Origin: Candidatus Brocadiia bacterium
GTDB lineage: Bacteria > Planctomycetota > Brocadiia > CAIUPP01
Length of the DNA stretch: 64,000 nucleotides
Reading direction: 5' to 3'
Assembly: GCA_050015075.1 (NCBI GenBank)
Contig: JBEKCB010000020.1
Coordinates: 1-64,000, forward strand
The notes under the pieces: model-generated
What the model was told of the DNA's origin: nothing
The model's database searches: none
What the model saw: only the letters and a program-made list of their open reading frames with translations
Position numbers and translations under genes: made by a program
In this document: positions 37,336 to 45,792 of the stretch, one piece after another
Position numbering within the stretch: position 1 is the first letter of the stretch
Layout of the letters: every line of letters starts with the position of its first letter

Positions 37336-37483
37336 ATGTTATTCTTTTTCAGGAGATACTGTCAACTCTTCTTTAATTGGACGCATGCGCGGAGAATCGG
37401 TTCCGGCCGGACCCGATCCGCGCGATCTCCGGCACTTTTCCCCAAGGGGAAATTAATGTTACGCTTTCTGTCGGAACTGTCAA
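37336..37483 (-). promoter_or_regulatory. Two tandem TTGACA...TAACAT promoter-like boxes facing the MoxR operon
   Basis: Minus strand: TTGACA(37365-60)-18-TAACAT(37341-36) and TTGACA(37483-78)-16-TAACAT(37461-56). Confidence 0.5.
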
Positions 37484-37500
37484 TTCTTTGCGGGCGACCG

Positions 37501-38703
37501 ATGATGGACAACCGGCGAGGGACGACCGACGATGGACGATGGACGATCGCCCGGCATCTGCCATCGTCCATCGTCCATCGTCTATCGTCCATCGTCATCT
37601 GTGGCGCGCTAGCGCTGTCGGCGCAGCCGGGCTTCGGCGGCGACGAGCCGATGCCGGGGCTCGACCTTTCGACGAAGAAGGACGCGCTCCGCGCTGTGGA
37701 CCAGGGCATTCAATGGCTGAAGGCCCGCCAGAACGCCGACGGCTCCTGGCCGCCGTCGCCGCAGCCGGCCGTATCCGCCTTTGCGACGCGCGCCATCCTT
37801 CGGGACCCCGCGCGCGAGCGGGGGAAGCTGGACGCGAGCGCCGCCAAAGGGCTAGAATTCATCGCCTCCTGCGCGCAGAAGGACGGCGGCATTTACCGCG
37901 ATTCAGCGTCGCGCACCTGCAGCACGACCGCGTCGGTGCTCGCGTTGGCCGGCTCGCGGCAGGACCGTTATGAGCCGCTGATCCTCGCCGCGCGCCGCTT
38001 CCTGGTGCGCGGGCAGAACCGGCGCGAGAATTCCGAACAATTCGGCGGCTGGGCGGACAGCGATCCACCTGCGGACATGAGGATGACCGCCCTCGCGATC
38101 GAGGCGCTGGCGGCGACCCAGCGCCTCTCAACCGCCGACGCCGAGAAGAACCATTCCGCCCCCGCCGATCCGGACTGGACCGCGGCCGTTGCTTTTCTCG
38201 ACCGCTGCCAGAACCTGCCGACAGCTTACAGCGGGCGCCCGCAGGACCTCGGCGGTTTTTTCAACGAGCCGGATAAGGCGGGGCCTCTGACGCCGCGGCT
38301 TTCCGAAGGCAGCGCCACCGCGCTCGGGCTGGCCGCGCTGCTCGAATCCAACGTCGCCCGCAGCGATCCGCGCGTGGTCGGGGCGGTGGACTGGATCCGC
38401 TCGAACTACACGCTCGACACGCCGGCCGGCGGCCCGGGCAAGCAGGGACTCTGCTTCTATTATTACTCCCTCGCCGGCGCGCTCAGCCTCTACGGCGAAG
38501 AGCCGCTCCTGCGCCCCGAAAAGCGCGCCGCTGACTGGCGCCGCGAACTGATGATCCGGTTGATCTCCCTGCAGCGCACCGACTCGCAGGGACTCGGTTA
38601 TTGGGTGAATGGCCGGGGCGAAGGCGCCGAGAAGGACCCCGTCCTCGTCACGGCTTGGTGCGTCCTGACCCTTGAAACTCTGGCGGACGAGCCGCAGTAT
38701 TAG
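37501..38703 (+). CDS. Secreted prenyltransferase/squalene-cyclase-repeat protein
   Basis: Contains WLKARQNADGSW, AQKDGGIY, FL.RCQN, GL.FYYY and W..EL...L...Q....G.W. No DXDD motif. Confidence 0.8.
   Translation: MMDNRRGTTDDGRWTIARHLPSSIVHRLSSIVICGALALSAQPGFGGDEPMPGLDLSTKKDALRAVDQGIQWLKARQNADGSWPPSPQPAVSAFATRAILRDPARERGKLDASAAKGLEFIASCAQKDGGIYRDSASRTCSTTASVLALAGSRQDRYEPLILAARRFLVRGQNRRENSEQFGGWADSDPPADMRMTALAIEALAATQRLSTADAEKNHSAPADPDWTAAVAFLDRCQNLPTAYSGRPQDLGGFFNEPDKAGPLTPRLSEGSATALGLAALLESNVARSDPRVVGAVDWIRSNYTLDTPAGGPGKQGLCFYYYSLAGALSLYGEEPLLRPEKRAADWRRELMIRLISLQRTDSQGLGYWVNGRGEGAEKDPVLVTAWCVLTLETLADEPQY
37520..37596. repeat. Inverted heptamer arrays (GGACGAT)n / (ATCGTCC)n
   Basis: Directly visible and in frame within the N-terminus of the 37501 ORF. 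Confidence 0.75.
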
Positions 38704-38734
38704 GGCGTCCGCCCGGCATCGGAATGGAGATCGA

Positions 38735-41263
38735 ATGAAGATTTCCCGCGCAGTCGCGGTCATCGCGCAGGTCGCTCTTCTGTTCGGCTTCGCCGCGCGC
38801 TGTTCGGCCGGGCTCGGACCGGAGAACGTGGCGGTCATCATCAACGAGGACAGTTGGGCCTCCAAGGCGGTCGCCAACGAATTCATCGCCCTCTACGGCA
38901 TTCCGCCGGCGAACGTGATCTACCTCAAGCGCCTGCCGGATTTCGAGCAGACGGACATCGAGTCCCTGCGCGCGCATCTGCTCAAGCCGATCATCGAGAC
39001 GCTCGAACAGCGCAAGCTGGCCGCGCAGATTGACTGCGTCGCGTGGTCCTCCGACATCCCGTACATCGTGGACATCACGAAGGACTTCACCTCCGCGCCG
39101 GCGGCCACCGTCGGCACCGCCGGCTCCATCACCGGGCTGACGTATCTCTACCAGTTCGTCTTCGCCGACTCGGCCCACGCGCCGCCGGGCAGCTACACGC
39201 TTCCGGGCAACAACCGTTATTTCCGCCGCGCTCTCGTTCCCAGGAAAGGCCCGGAGCTGACCGACGCGCAGCAGAGCCGATTGAGGGAGGCCGGCCGGCT
39301 GATTCACAGCGAGGCATGGACGGACGCCGAGGCCGTGCTTCGGCCGCTCCTGCAGGAATGTCCCGACAGCGCCCAGGCGAATTGTTATCTCGCGGTCTGC
39401 CTGGCCCATCGCGGCGACCAGGACGCGGCCGTCGAATCGCTCCAGCGCGCGGCCGAGTGCGGCTGGGGCAACTGGCGCGCGTGGCAGGAGAACGAAGCCT
39501 TCGCCGCGCTGCAGGGCCGGAAGGAGTTCAAGGAGGCGCTCGAGAAATCCAAGGCGGTCATCGAGGACGTCGCGCCCTCGCTGGGGTTCCGCAACAGCTA
39601 CGGCTGGAACGCCAAGGGCGAACGGACCGCGTCGGAGAAGGACGTGCGATACCTGCTCTCCGTCATGCTGGCCGTCACGAGCGGGCGCGGCAACTCCGTG
39701 CCGGAGGCGCTGGACGCGCTCCGCGCCTCCGCCGGCGCCGGCGCCACGGCCCCGAAAGGCACGTTCTATTTCATGCGCAACGAGAACATCCGTTCGACCG
39801 TCCGCGACTGGCTTTTCCCCTCCGCCGTCCAGAAACTGCGCGCGATGGGCCTGGCCGCCGAACTGGAGGACGGCATCGTGCCCATGAACAAGCCCGACGT
39901 GCTCGGCGCGGTCATCGGCGCGGCCGAGTACGATTGGAAAGGCTCCGGCAGCAAAATCCTTCCGGGCGCCATCTGCGAGGATTTCACCAGCGCCGGCGGC
40001 ATCCTGACCGTGGGCGGCGGCCAGACGCCGCTCACCAGCCTGATCGCCTGCGGCGCGGCCGGCTCCAGCGGCACCGTGACCGAGCCGATCGCCATCGAGG
40101 AGAAATTCCCGTCGCCGTTCCTCCACGTCCATTACGCGCGCGGCTGCACGCTGGCCGAGGCGTTCTATCAATCCGTCGGGACGCCGTACCAGCTCCTCAT
40201 CGTCGGCGACCCGCTCTGCGCGCCGTGGCGGGAACAGCCGGGCGTGGTCATCGAAGGCCTTGCCGCCGGGCAGGCGGTCAACGGGGTGTTTTCCCTGAAG
40301 CCGTCGGCCGCGCCGCTCAGCACCGTGCCCGTGCAGAGGTTCGAGTTCTACGTGGACGGCCGGTACCGCGGCCGGCTCACGCCCGGCCAGAGCGCCGGAG
40401 GCGATGCGAAGCTGATGGTCAAAGGCTATCACGAAGTGCGCGTCGTCGCGGTCACCGGCGGGCAGCTCGAGGAGCGCACCTCGACCGTCGTGCCGTTCAC
40501 CGTGGACACGTCCGGCCGGCAACTGACGATCTCCGGCCCGGAGAAGAGCGACTCGCCCTGGGATCGGCCGGTGCGCATGCAGGCCGAACTCGCCGGCGCA
40601 GCGGAGATCCTGTTCTTCCACAACCTGCGCCTGGTGGGCGTCATTCATGGAGAGAAAGGCGCGGCCGAGATTGACCCGAACTTCCTCGGCCAGGGTCCCT
40701 GCCGTATCCAGTGCATGGCCGTGGACGCCGCGAAGAAGCCGATGGCGGTGAGCGCGTTCATCGAGCTGCGCGTCGTTCCGCCCGCGCCCGCGCCGGCCGT
40801 CGCCCCGCCCGAAGGAGGATTGTCGGAGCCAGGGCTGCTGCTGACGGCGGAAGGCGGCGCTCCGGTCGCCGTCCCCGACACCGGCAGGAAGAATTGGCTC
40901 ACCGGCGCCGGCGTCAAGGAAGGGCAGTCGTTCACGCTCGAAGGGTACTTCGACGCGCCCGAGGAGACCGTGTATCAATTCCAGGTCCGCGGCAACGTCG
41001 GCCCGGTGGTCGAGGTGGATGGCCGGACGATCGAAGGTCCGAAACCGGACCCCCAGCCGGCGAGCGATGGAGCCGAGCTGGTCGTCGCCGCCCAGTCGGC
41101 CGGCGGCGACGCGTGGACCTTCCTGCCCGTCTCACTCGCGAAGGGCCTGCATCGCCTGCGCGTAACCGGCGTCGCCGCAAAAAGCCCGACGCTGGAAATC
41201 CGCTTCGGCGGCCGAGGCACGCAGTCCATCGGCGCCGACTTCAAGCACGTCAAGGGTCGCTAG
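38735..41263 (+). CDS. TIGR03790-like secreted protein with a TPR and C-terminal Ig/PA14-like domains
   Basis: LGPENV.VIIN..S..S..VA..F...YGIP, PGAI.E..TS.GG, G..G..GTVTEP and G.TLAEAFY.S...PYQ...VGDPL. Confidence 0.72.
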   Translation: MKISRAVAVIAQVALLFGFAARCSAGLGPENVAVIINEDSWASKAVANEFIALYGIPPANVIYLKRLPDFEQTDIESLRAHLLKPIIETLEQRKLAAQIDCVAWSSDIPYIVDITKDFTSAPAATVGTAGSITGLTYLYQFVFADSAHAPPGSYTLPGNNRYFRRALVPRKGPELTDAQQSRLREAGRLIHSEAWTDAEAVLRPLLQECPDSAQANCYLAVCLAHRGDQDAAVESLQRAAECGWGNWRAWQENEAFAALQGRKEFKEALEKSKAVIEDVAPSLGFRNSYGWNAKGERTASEKDVRYLLSVMLAVTSGRGNSVPEALDALRASAGAGATAPKGTFYFMRNENIRSTVRDWLFPSAVQKLRAMGLAAELEDGIVPMNKPDVLGAVIGAAEYDWKGSGSKILPGAICEDFTSAGGILTVGGGQTPLTSLIACGAAGSSGTVTEPIAIEEKFPSPFLHVHYARGCTLAEAFYQSVGTPYQLLIVGDPLCAPWREQPGVVIEGLAAGQAVNGVFSLKPSAAPLSTVPVQRFEFYVDGRYRGRLTPGQSAGGDAKLMVKGYHEVRVVAVTGGQLEERTSTVVPFTVDTSGRQLTISGPEKSDSPWDRPVRMQAELAGAAEILFFHNLRLVGVIHGEKGAAEIDPNFLGQGPCRIQCMAVDAAKKPMAVSAFIELRVVPPAPAPAVAPPEGGLSEPGLLLTAEGGAPVAVPDTGRKNWLTGAGVKEGQSFTLEGYFDAPEETVYQFQVRGNVGPVVEVDGRTIEGPKPDPQPASDGAELVVAAQSAGGDAWTFLPVSLAKGLHRLRVTGVAAKSPTLEIRFGGRGTQSIGADFKHVKGR

Positions 41264-41436
41264 TGTCGTGTTCCGGAAGTAATACGGATAAGTTCAGACC
41301 GCGTCACCCTGAGTGCAGCGAAGGGTCTCATACCACAAACTGTTGCCTGCGCGCCGCGTATGAGATTCCTCGCCCTGCTCGGAATGACCGCTTATTACGG
41401 GACTTATTTGTGAAAAGCTGCGCGATCGGACGCTAG
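41260..41436. mobile_element. MITE-like REP-containing element bounded by CTAG
   Basis: CTAG at 41260-63 (includes the upstream stop codon) and at 41433-36. Internal GTCACCCTGAG..GCGAAGGGTCTC / GAGATTCCTCG..CTCGGAATGAC. Confidence 0.55.
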
Positions 41437-41443
41437 CAGACGC

Positions 41444-41491
41444 TTTGTGATGAACGGTGAAAATCCATTCCAGATTCAGCCACTTCGATAA
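41444..41491 (+). pseudogene. C-terminal remnant of a DUF4160-like protein
   Basis: FVMNGENPFQIQPLR* resembles the DUF4160 terminus and directly precedes DUF2442, its usual partner. Confidence 0.55.
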
Positions 41492-41505
41492 GGGAGGACC
41501 GGAAC

Positions 41506-41751
41506 GTGATTCCTTCAGTTTCAGGCGTGACGCCCAACGAAGATTTCACACTCACTCTGCACTTTGACAATGGTGAGGAAGGGCTGCTTGACATGAAACC
41601 TTACCTGGACTTCGGGGTCTTTCGAAAGATAGGAGATAGCGACAACTTCAAGCGCGTCCGGGTAGCGTTCGACACGATTGAATGGGACGCCGGAGCAGAT
41701 CTTGACCCCGAGTTCGTGTACGCCAAGTGCAGGATTACATCGAAGGCTTAG
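41506..41751 (+). CDS. DUF2442 family protein (putative antitoxin)
   Basis: V.P..DF.L.L.FDNGE...DM..YL..GVF....F..V....TIEW..GADLDPE; GGAGG Shine-Dalgarno. Confidence 0.88.
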   Translation: MIPSVSGVTPNEDFTLTLHFDNGEEGLLDMKPYLDFGVFRKIGDSDNFKRVRVAFDTIEWDAGADLDPEFVYAKCRITSKA

Positions 41752-41842
41752 CCGCCGAATCCGCCGCGATCCTTGCTGCGGGCCTCCGTTTATGGGTTCC
41801 GGCCGCAGCTTTTCTACCTATCCATCTTCAACTTGAAGGCGG

Positions 41843-42241
41843 TTATGGGTGTAAACGGAATGCGTTCCCGCTACAATTTGTCTTATACGCGGGTCTTCGC
41901 GGAAACGTAGTCGTCATCTGTAAAAACTTGCGATAACTCGCTCCGCCGAAGTCCCGGTTACGTATGGATAGTTCCACGCTTCCTTTGTCCAGCGTTTGTA
42001 CTACCGGCCAAGCCATGTGAACATGATAGCCGTCGCAGCCGTTGTGAAGCGCCATCCCTGCAAAACACTTAGCCAAGTAAGCCAATCCCACCGAGTTGCC
42101 GAGCACCCACACGCTGCCATTTTTCATGTCCAGGCGAACATAGACTCTTGCCCTCTTCGGCTTCTTCGGCAGTGGATTCCCAGATGGGTTCAAGTTCGCG
42201 GGCAGGCGATACGTTAACGCTCTTGCCATTCGAGGTTTCAT
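41843..42241 (-). CDS. Putative Imm32-like immunity protein
   Basis: V.V.GN..GL.YLA......H.H......L..GS.EL.I pattern; lower GC. Confidence 0.5.
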   Translation of the reverse strand: MKPRMARALTYRLPANLNPSGNPLPKKPKRARVYVRLDMKNGSVWVLGNSVGLAYLAKCFAGMALHNGCDGYHVHMAWPVVQTLDKGSVELSIRNRDFGGASYRKFLQMTTTFPRRPAYKTNCSGNAFRLHP

Positions 42242-42332
42242 TGCTAATCACCTCAGGCCATCATGGAAATCCGGGGATGCACGACCTGTTGCCCACCTGT
42301 CGTCTCGAACTTCGCCCGCGATGACAAAAAGC

Positions 42333-42400
42333 AATCTATCCGCGGGCAGCGGCGCTGTCAAAAAAATGACAACAGACGAAGATGGGGCTGTCTGTGAAGG
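42333..42400 (-). promoter_or_regulatory. Repeated promoter cassette, copy 1
   Basis: Minus strand TTGACA-GCGCCGCTGCCCGCGGA-TAGATT. Confidence 0.65.
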
Positions 42401-42462
42401 GATGTGCCCCGGCATGCGAGACGGGAAATGCGCCGTGCGCGCCCGGAATACGCTGCTTGCCG

Positions 42463-42927
42463 TCACTTGGACTTGGACGGGGCCGGGCTCGCGACAGTCT
42501 CAAACGCGTTTTTGCCGCAGAGCGGGCACTTGTAGATGAGTTCATATTGGTGCATCGCTTCCGCTATCGCCTCGGTGTCCGCCCGGCTCGGCCTCCCAGA
42601 CGCAGTCTTCGGCCGGAGTTCGGCGGGAAGCTGGGGCAGAGGAATGGGCCGGCCGCACGACGCGCACTTCATCATGTACGTTAGTGTGTATTCGCCCGTC
42701 TTCGGGTTCTTCCAGTGACCGGACGCATCGGGCGTATATTTGGTCTGCCAGTCGCTGTTCGTCTCTCCGAAAACTTCATAGGACTTCATGTCAATCTTCT
42801 CGAACTTCTGGTCCACGTACAACGTGGGGCCGCCTGCTTCGTTCAGGATCCGCGTCACGGTGAACGCCGTTGCGACGCCGATGACGGCGATCAGCAACAC
42901 GATGATCGCGATTTTCTTGCCGTTCAT
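42463..42927 (-). CDS. Membrane-anchored hypothetical protein with two CxxC motifs
   Basis: N-terminal TM, CASC and CPLC. Confidence 0.65.
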   Translation of the reverse strand: MNGKKIAIIVLLIAVIGVATAFTVTRILNEAGGPTLYVDQKFEKIDMKSYEVFGETNSDWQTKYTPDASGHWKNPKTGEYTLTYMMKCASCGRPIPLPQLPAELRPKTASGRPSRADTEAIAEAMHQYELIYKCPLCGKNAFETVASPAPSKSK

Positions 42928-43017
42928 GCTTCGTTTCCTTCCATGAGTGCGCGGAGTGCGGGTATACGGTCTGTTGGCCATCCGGCCGATCGAACTTCGC
43001 TCCTGCTGGCTCAACCC

Positions 43018-43084
43018 ACTCTATCCGCCGGCAGCGGCATTGTCAAGGACGAGAGGAACGGGGCAAGGTGGAGCTGTCTGTCAA
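43018..43084 (-). promoter_or_regulatory. Repeated promoter cassette, copy 2
   Basis: Minus strand TTGACA-ATGCCGCTGCCGGCGGA-TAGAGT. Confidence 0.65.
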
Positions 43085-43111
43085 GCCGTGCGTCCGCGGA
43101 AGGCCCGCGTT

Positions 43112-44542
43112 CTACTTTTTCGCCGGCGCTTTTCGCCACGCCTCAATGAACTTCTTGTCGGCGCGGGTTGATTCGAAGTAGCTCAGGAGGTCCGCCCGCA
43201 GCTCGGACATGACGCCGGGGTGCTCCCGGGCGAGGTTTCTCTCCTGTTGCGGATCGGCGGCCATGTCGAACAGCAGCTCGACTTCAAGGCCGGCAGCGCG
43301 TTCCGTTTTCGCGTAGCCGTCAATGGCCTTATCGGCATGTTTCGCGCCGGCCACGGGTTTTCCGGGGCGGAGCATCGCGGCCCAGTGGTCTTTCCGGACG
43401 GTGGCGAACACCGTTTCCATTCCGATGAAGGGCACGCTCACGGCGAAGTCGCGATGGCGGTCCGGCCCGCCCGTGACGACGCCGGCGAACGACCGGCCGT
43501 TGACGGTCCTGGGGATCGGAACGTGCGCCAGTTCCAGGAGGGTCGGCATGATGTCCTGCGGCTGCACGACGGCGCTGCGCCGGCCGGCGCTTCCGCCGGG
43601 GACGTGAATGATGAAGGGGATGTGGCTGATTTCCTCGTAGAGCGGGATGTATTTGAGCTGGCCCGGCTCCGGGAGGATCCCCTTGCCGATGATGCCGTGC
43701 TCGCCGAGGAGGAAGCCGTGGTCGGTCGTAAAGATGACGAGCGTATCGTCAAGCAGGTTAAGGTCGCTGATCTTCTGGAGCAGCCGGCCCGTCCAGCGGT
43801 CCACCAGGGTGACCTCGGCCGCGTACAGGGCGCGGCAATGGTTGAGTTCCTCCGGCGACAGGTAGCCCTTGACGCTGGCGTATCGCGGGTAGTCCACCAC
43901 TTGGCCGGTGTAGCCGGGGTTGTAGCGCTCGACGTACCAGGGCGGCGCGTCCCACGGCTCATGCGGATCGAAGGTGTCCGTATAGAGGAAGAACGGCCCG
44001 TCGCGGTAGTTGTCCTCGAGCCACTCGCAGGCGCGGGTCATGGTCTGCGCGACGAAGGTGTCGGACTCGTAGCGCCGGGCGGCCACGGCGCGGCGATGGC
44101 GCTCGGCCAGCCGGGCGGCGCCGCGGATTTTCTTCGGGTCGCAAGGGGATTCCGGGCGCCTGGGGTGCGTCTTCCAGCGGTCGGACTCCTGGCCGCGGAT
44201 CCATTCCCACGACTGGAAGCCCCGGTCGAAGTAATACCCGTTCTCCAGGATGTGCGGGCAATCGGTCACCATGGCGGTGGCGTAGCCGGCGTCGGAGAGC
44301 ACCTGCGAGATCACCGTCTCCTTCTCCGTCATCGGCGCCCAGCCGGTGTAGGCGGCGGTGAAGCAGCCGGTCATCACGTCGCGCCGGTTCGGGACCGTAG
44401 GGAAACTGGCGCTGTACGCGTTCTCAAACACCTGGGCGGTGCGCGCGAAGGCGTCGAGGTGCGGCGTGCTGATCCAGCGGTTCCCGTAACAGCCGGCATG
44501 GTCGCGGCGGAACGTGTCGGAGACGATGACGATGAAATTCAT
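43112..44542 (-). CDS. Sulfatase-fold (alkaline phosphatase superfamily) hydrolase with Thr at the nucleophile position
   Basis: IVSDTFRRD, TPHLD, PTVPNR..MTG, DPHEPW, TTDHG and DP.QE.NL. Confidence 0.85.
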   Translation of the reverse strand: MNFIVIVSDTFRRDHAGCYGNRWISTPHLDAFARTAQVFENAYSASFPTVPNRRDVMTGCFTAAYTGWAPMTEKETVISQVLSDAGYATAMVTDCPHILENGYYFDRGFQSWEWIRGQESDRWKTHPRRPESPCDPKKIRGAARLAERHRRAVAARRYESDTFVAQTMTRACEWLEDNYRDGPFFLYTDTFDPHEPWDAPPWYVERYNPGYTGQVVDYPRYASVKGYLSPEELNHCRALYAAEVTLVDRWTGRLLQKISDLNLLDDTLVIFTTDHGFLLGEHGIIGKGILPEPGQLKYIPLYEEISHIPFIIHVPGGSAGRRSAVVQPQDIMPTLLELAHVPIPRTVNGRSFAGVVTGGPDRHRDFAVSVPFIGMETVFATVRKDHWAAMLRPGKPVAGAKHADKAIDGYAKTERAAGLEVELLFDMAADPQQERNLAREHPGVMSELRADLLSYFESTRADKKFIEAWRKAPAKK

Positions 44543-44625
44543 GCGGAGGTTCCCTTCGAGGACGCGGAGACACACGCCCTATTATCGCCCCGCACTCTCG
44601 AACTGCGGCCCTGTTCGCCAGACGC

Positions 44626-44693
44626 ATTTCATCCGCCGGCAGCGGCATTGCCAGGAAAAGCAGGAACAGGGCAATGTGGGGCGGTCTGTCAGG
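44626..44693 (-). promoter_or_regulatory. Repeated promoter cassette, copy 3 (degenerate)
   Basis: Minus strand CTGGCA-ATGCCGCTGCCGGCGGA-TGAAAT; spacer identical to copy 2. Confidence 0.55.
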
Positions 44694-44718
44694 TCGTGTA
44701 TCCCCGCCAAAATTCCTG

Positions 44719-44832
44719 ACCGGCAGCGACCTGCCGGTCGCAGCCGGGAAATCGCGTCACAACCGAAAAGGGCTTGAGGGAAACAGTTCGCCTGCTCCCG
44801 CAAGCCCTTGCTTCAGGTCGGCGGCCTGAAGC
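44719..44832. terminator. Cluster of three GC-rich hairpins downstream of the 44859 gene
   Basis: ACCGGCAG/CTGCCGGT, AAGGGCTTG/CAAGCCCTT and GCTTCAGG/CCTGAAGC. Confidence 0.4.
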
Positions 44833-44858
44833 GGAAAGCACGGTCGCCCGCCGAGGCG

Positions 44859-45293
44859 CTACTTCGTGGTGGTCGCTTCGCCGGCGCCTGACGCCGGAGC
44901 AGCAACGTCGCTCGTAATCCTGACCATCCTGGCGATGTTGTCGGCAGTGCTGTAAGCCGCCATCACTTCCTGCCCGACCTTGAGTTCCTCGAACTTCACC
45001 TGCGGGGTGGGTCCGCGTCCACGCGGCGCATTGGTGGCTGCGGCGGCGGGCGCCACCGCTTTGAGGATGCGCGTCGTTTCGTTGCAGGTGATGACCACGT
45101 CCTTCGTCTCGCCATTAGCAGTCACCGCGATGGTGAGCGCCTGGCCGTCAATCTTGGTTATTTTTCCGGAGATGCGGGCGTACTGCTGGGCCATACGCGT
45201 GTTGGCGGGGGCGGACCCGGTGGCGGGCTGCGCCATGGCCGGGACTGCCAACGCTATTGCGACAACCACTGCTGCGACTGCGACGTACCTCAT
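44859..45293 (-). CDS. Small secreted beta protein (DUF5666/OB-fold-like)
   Basis: Signal peptide; G.ITKIDG..LTI...T.I....ELKVGQ.V pattern. Confidence 0.6.
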   Translation of the reverse strand: MRYVAVAAVVVAIALAVPAMAQPATGSAPANTRMAQQYARISGKITKIDGQALTIAVTANGETKDVVITCNETTRILKAVAPAAAATNAPRGRGPTPQVKFEELKVGQEVMAAYSTADNIARMVRITSDVAAPASGAGEATTTK

Positions 45294-45675
45294 GTTCTGC
45301 CCTTTCTTATCTGAACCGGGACTTCCCGGCTGACTCGCAGTTCACGACCGCCGTGAACCTGCGAAGCCTAATTCTACCTTCCCCGGCTGAAAAAGCAAGC
45401 GAGATTCGCGTCCTAACTCGGTGACCAGCCTCACCCGACGGTCCGGCGTCAAGGGAGATGCCGCAGCGCGGCCGTCCCGCCGGCGCCCGAACCGCAGAGG
45501 AAGCCGTGCCGTTCCGCTCCGTCCGGCAGCGGCGGATGAGGCCGGGCGATCCGGGCGAAGGTCGGGTGCAATCCCATCGTGGATGCCGACGTGGCCCGCG
45601 TGGTCGAGTTCCACGACAAGTCAATCCGGGTCGAATCAACCTCGAATTGGCGCAGTCGGCAACAGCGATCGCAAC

Positions 45676-45704
45676 TTGACAAAGGCGATCTCTGGCGCTA
45701 GAAA
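45676..45704 (+). promoter_or_regulatory. Sigma70-type promoter
   Basis: TTGACA-17 bp-TAGAAA upstream of 45793. Confidence 0.45.
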
Positions 45705-45792
45705 TGGATAGAGGAGGCTTGGCCGGCACCGGGGCGCGCGGCCAAGGGGAATTCGGGGTTATTCAGGACGCGTGGAAGGGGGTAACCAAGCC

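Noticed and set aside
24833-37376. Very long plus-strand ORFs (24833-28495, 30884-33274, 33456-37376 and others)
   Set aside because: They are antisense shadows of well-supported minus-strand genes, which is typical of high-GC DNA. They carry no recognisable motifs.
23640-38703. Squalene-hopene cyclase call for 23640-24623 and 37501-38703
   Set aside because: Both are short, single-domain and secreted, and lack the DXDD catalytic motif. Only QW-like repeats are shared.
45545-45600. Cobalamin-riboswitch-like fragment (GGGTGCAATCCC)
   Set aside because: The other conserved elements, such as the B12 box and GCCACTG, were not found.
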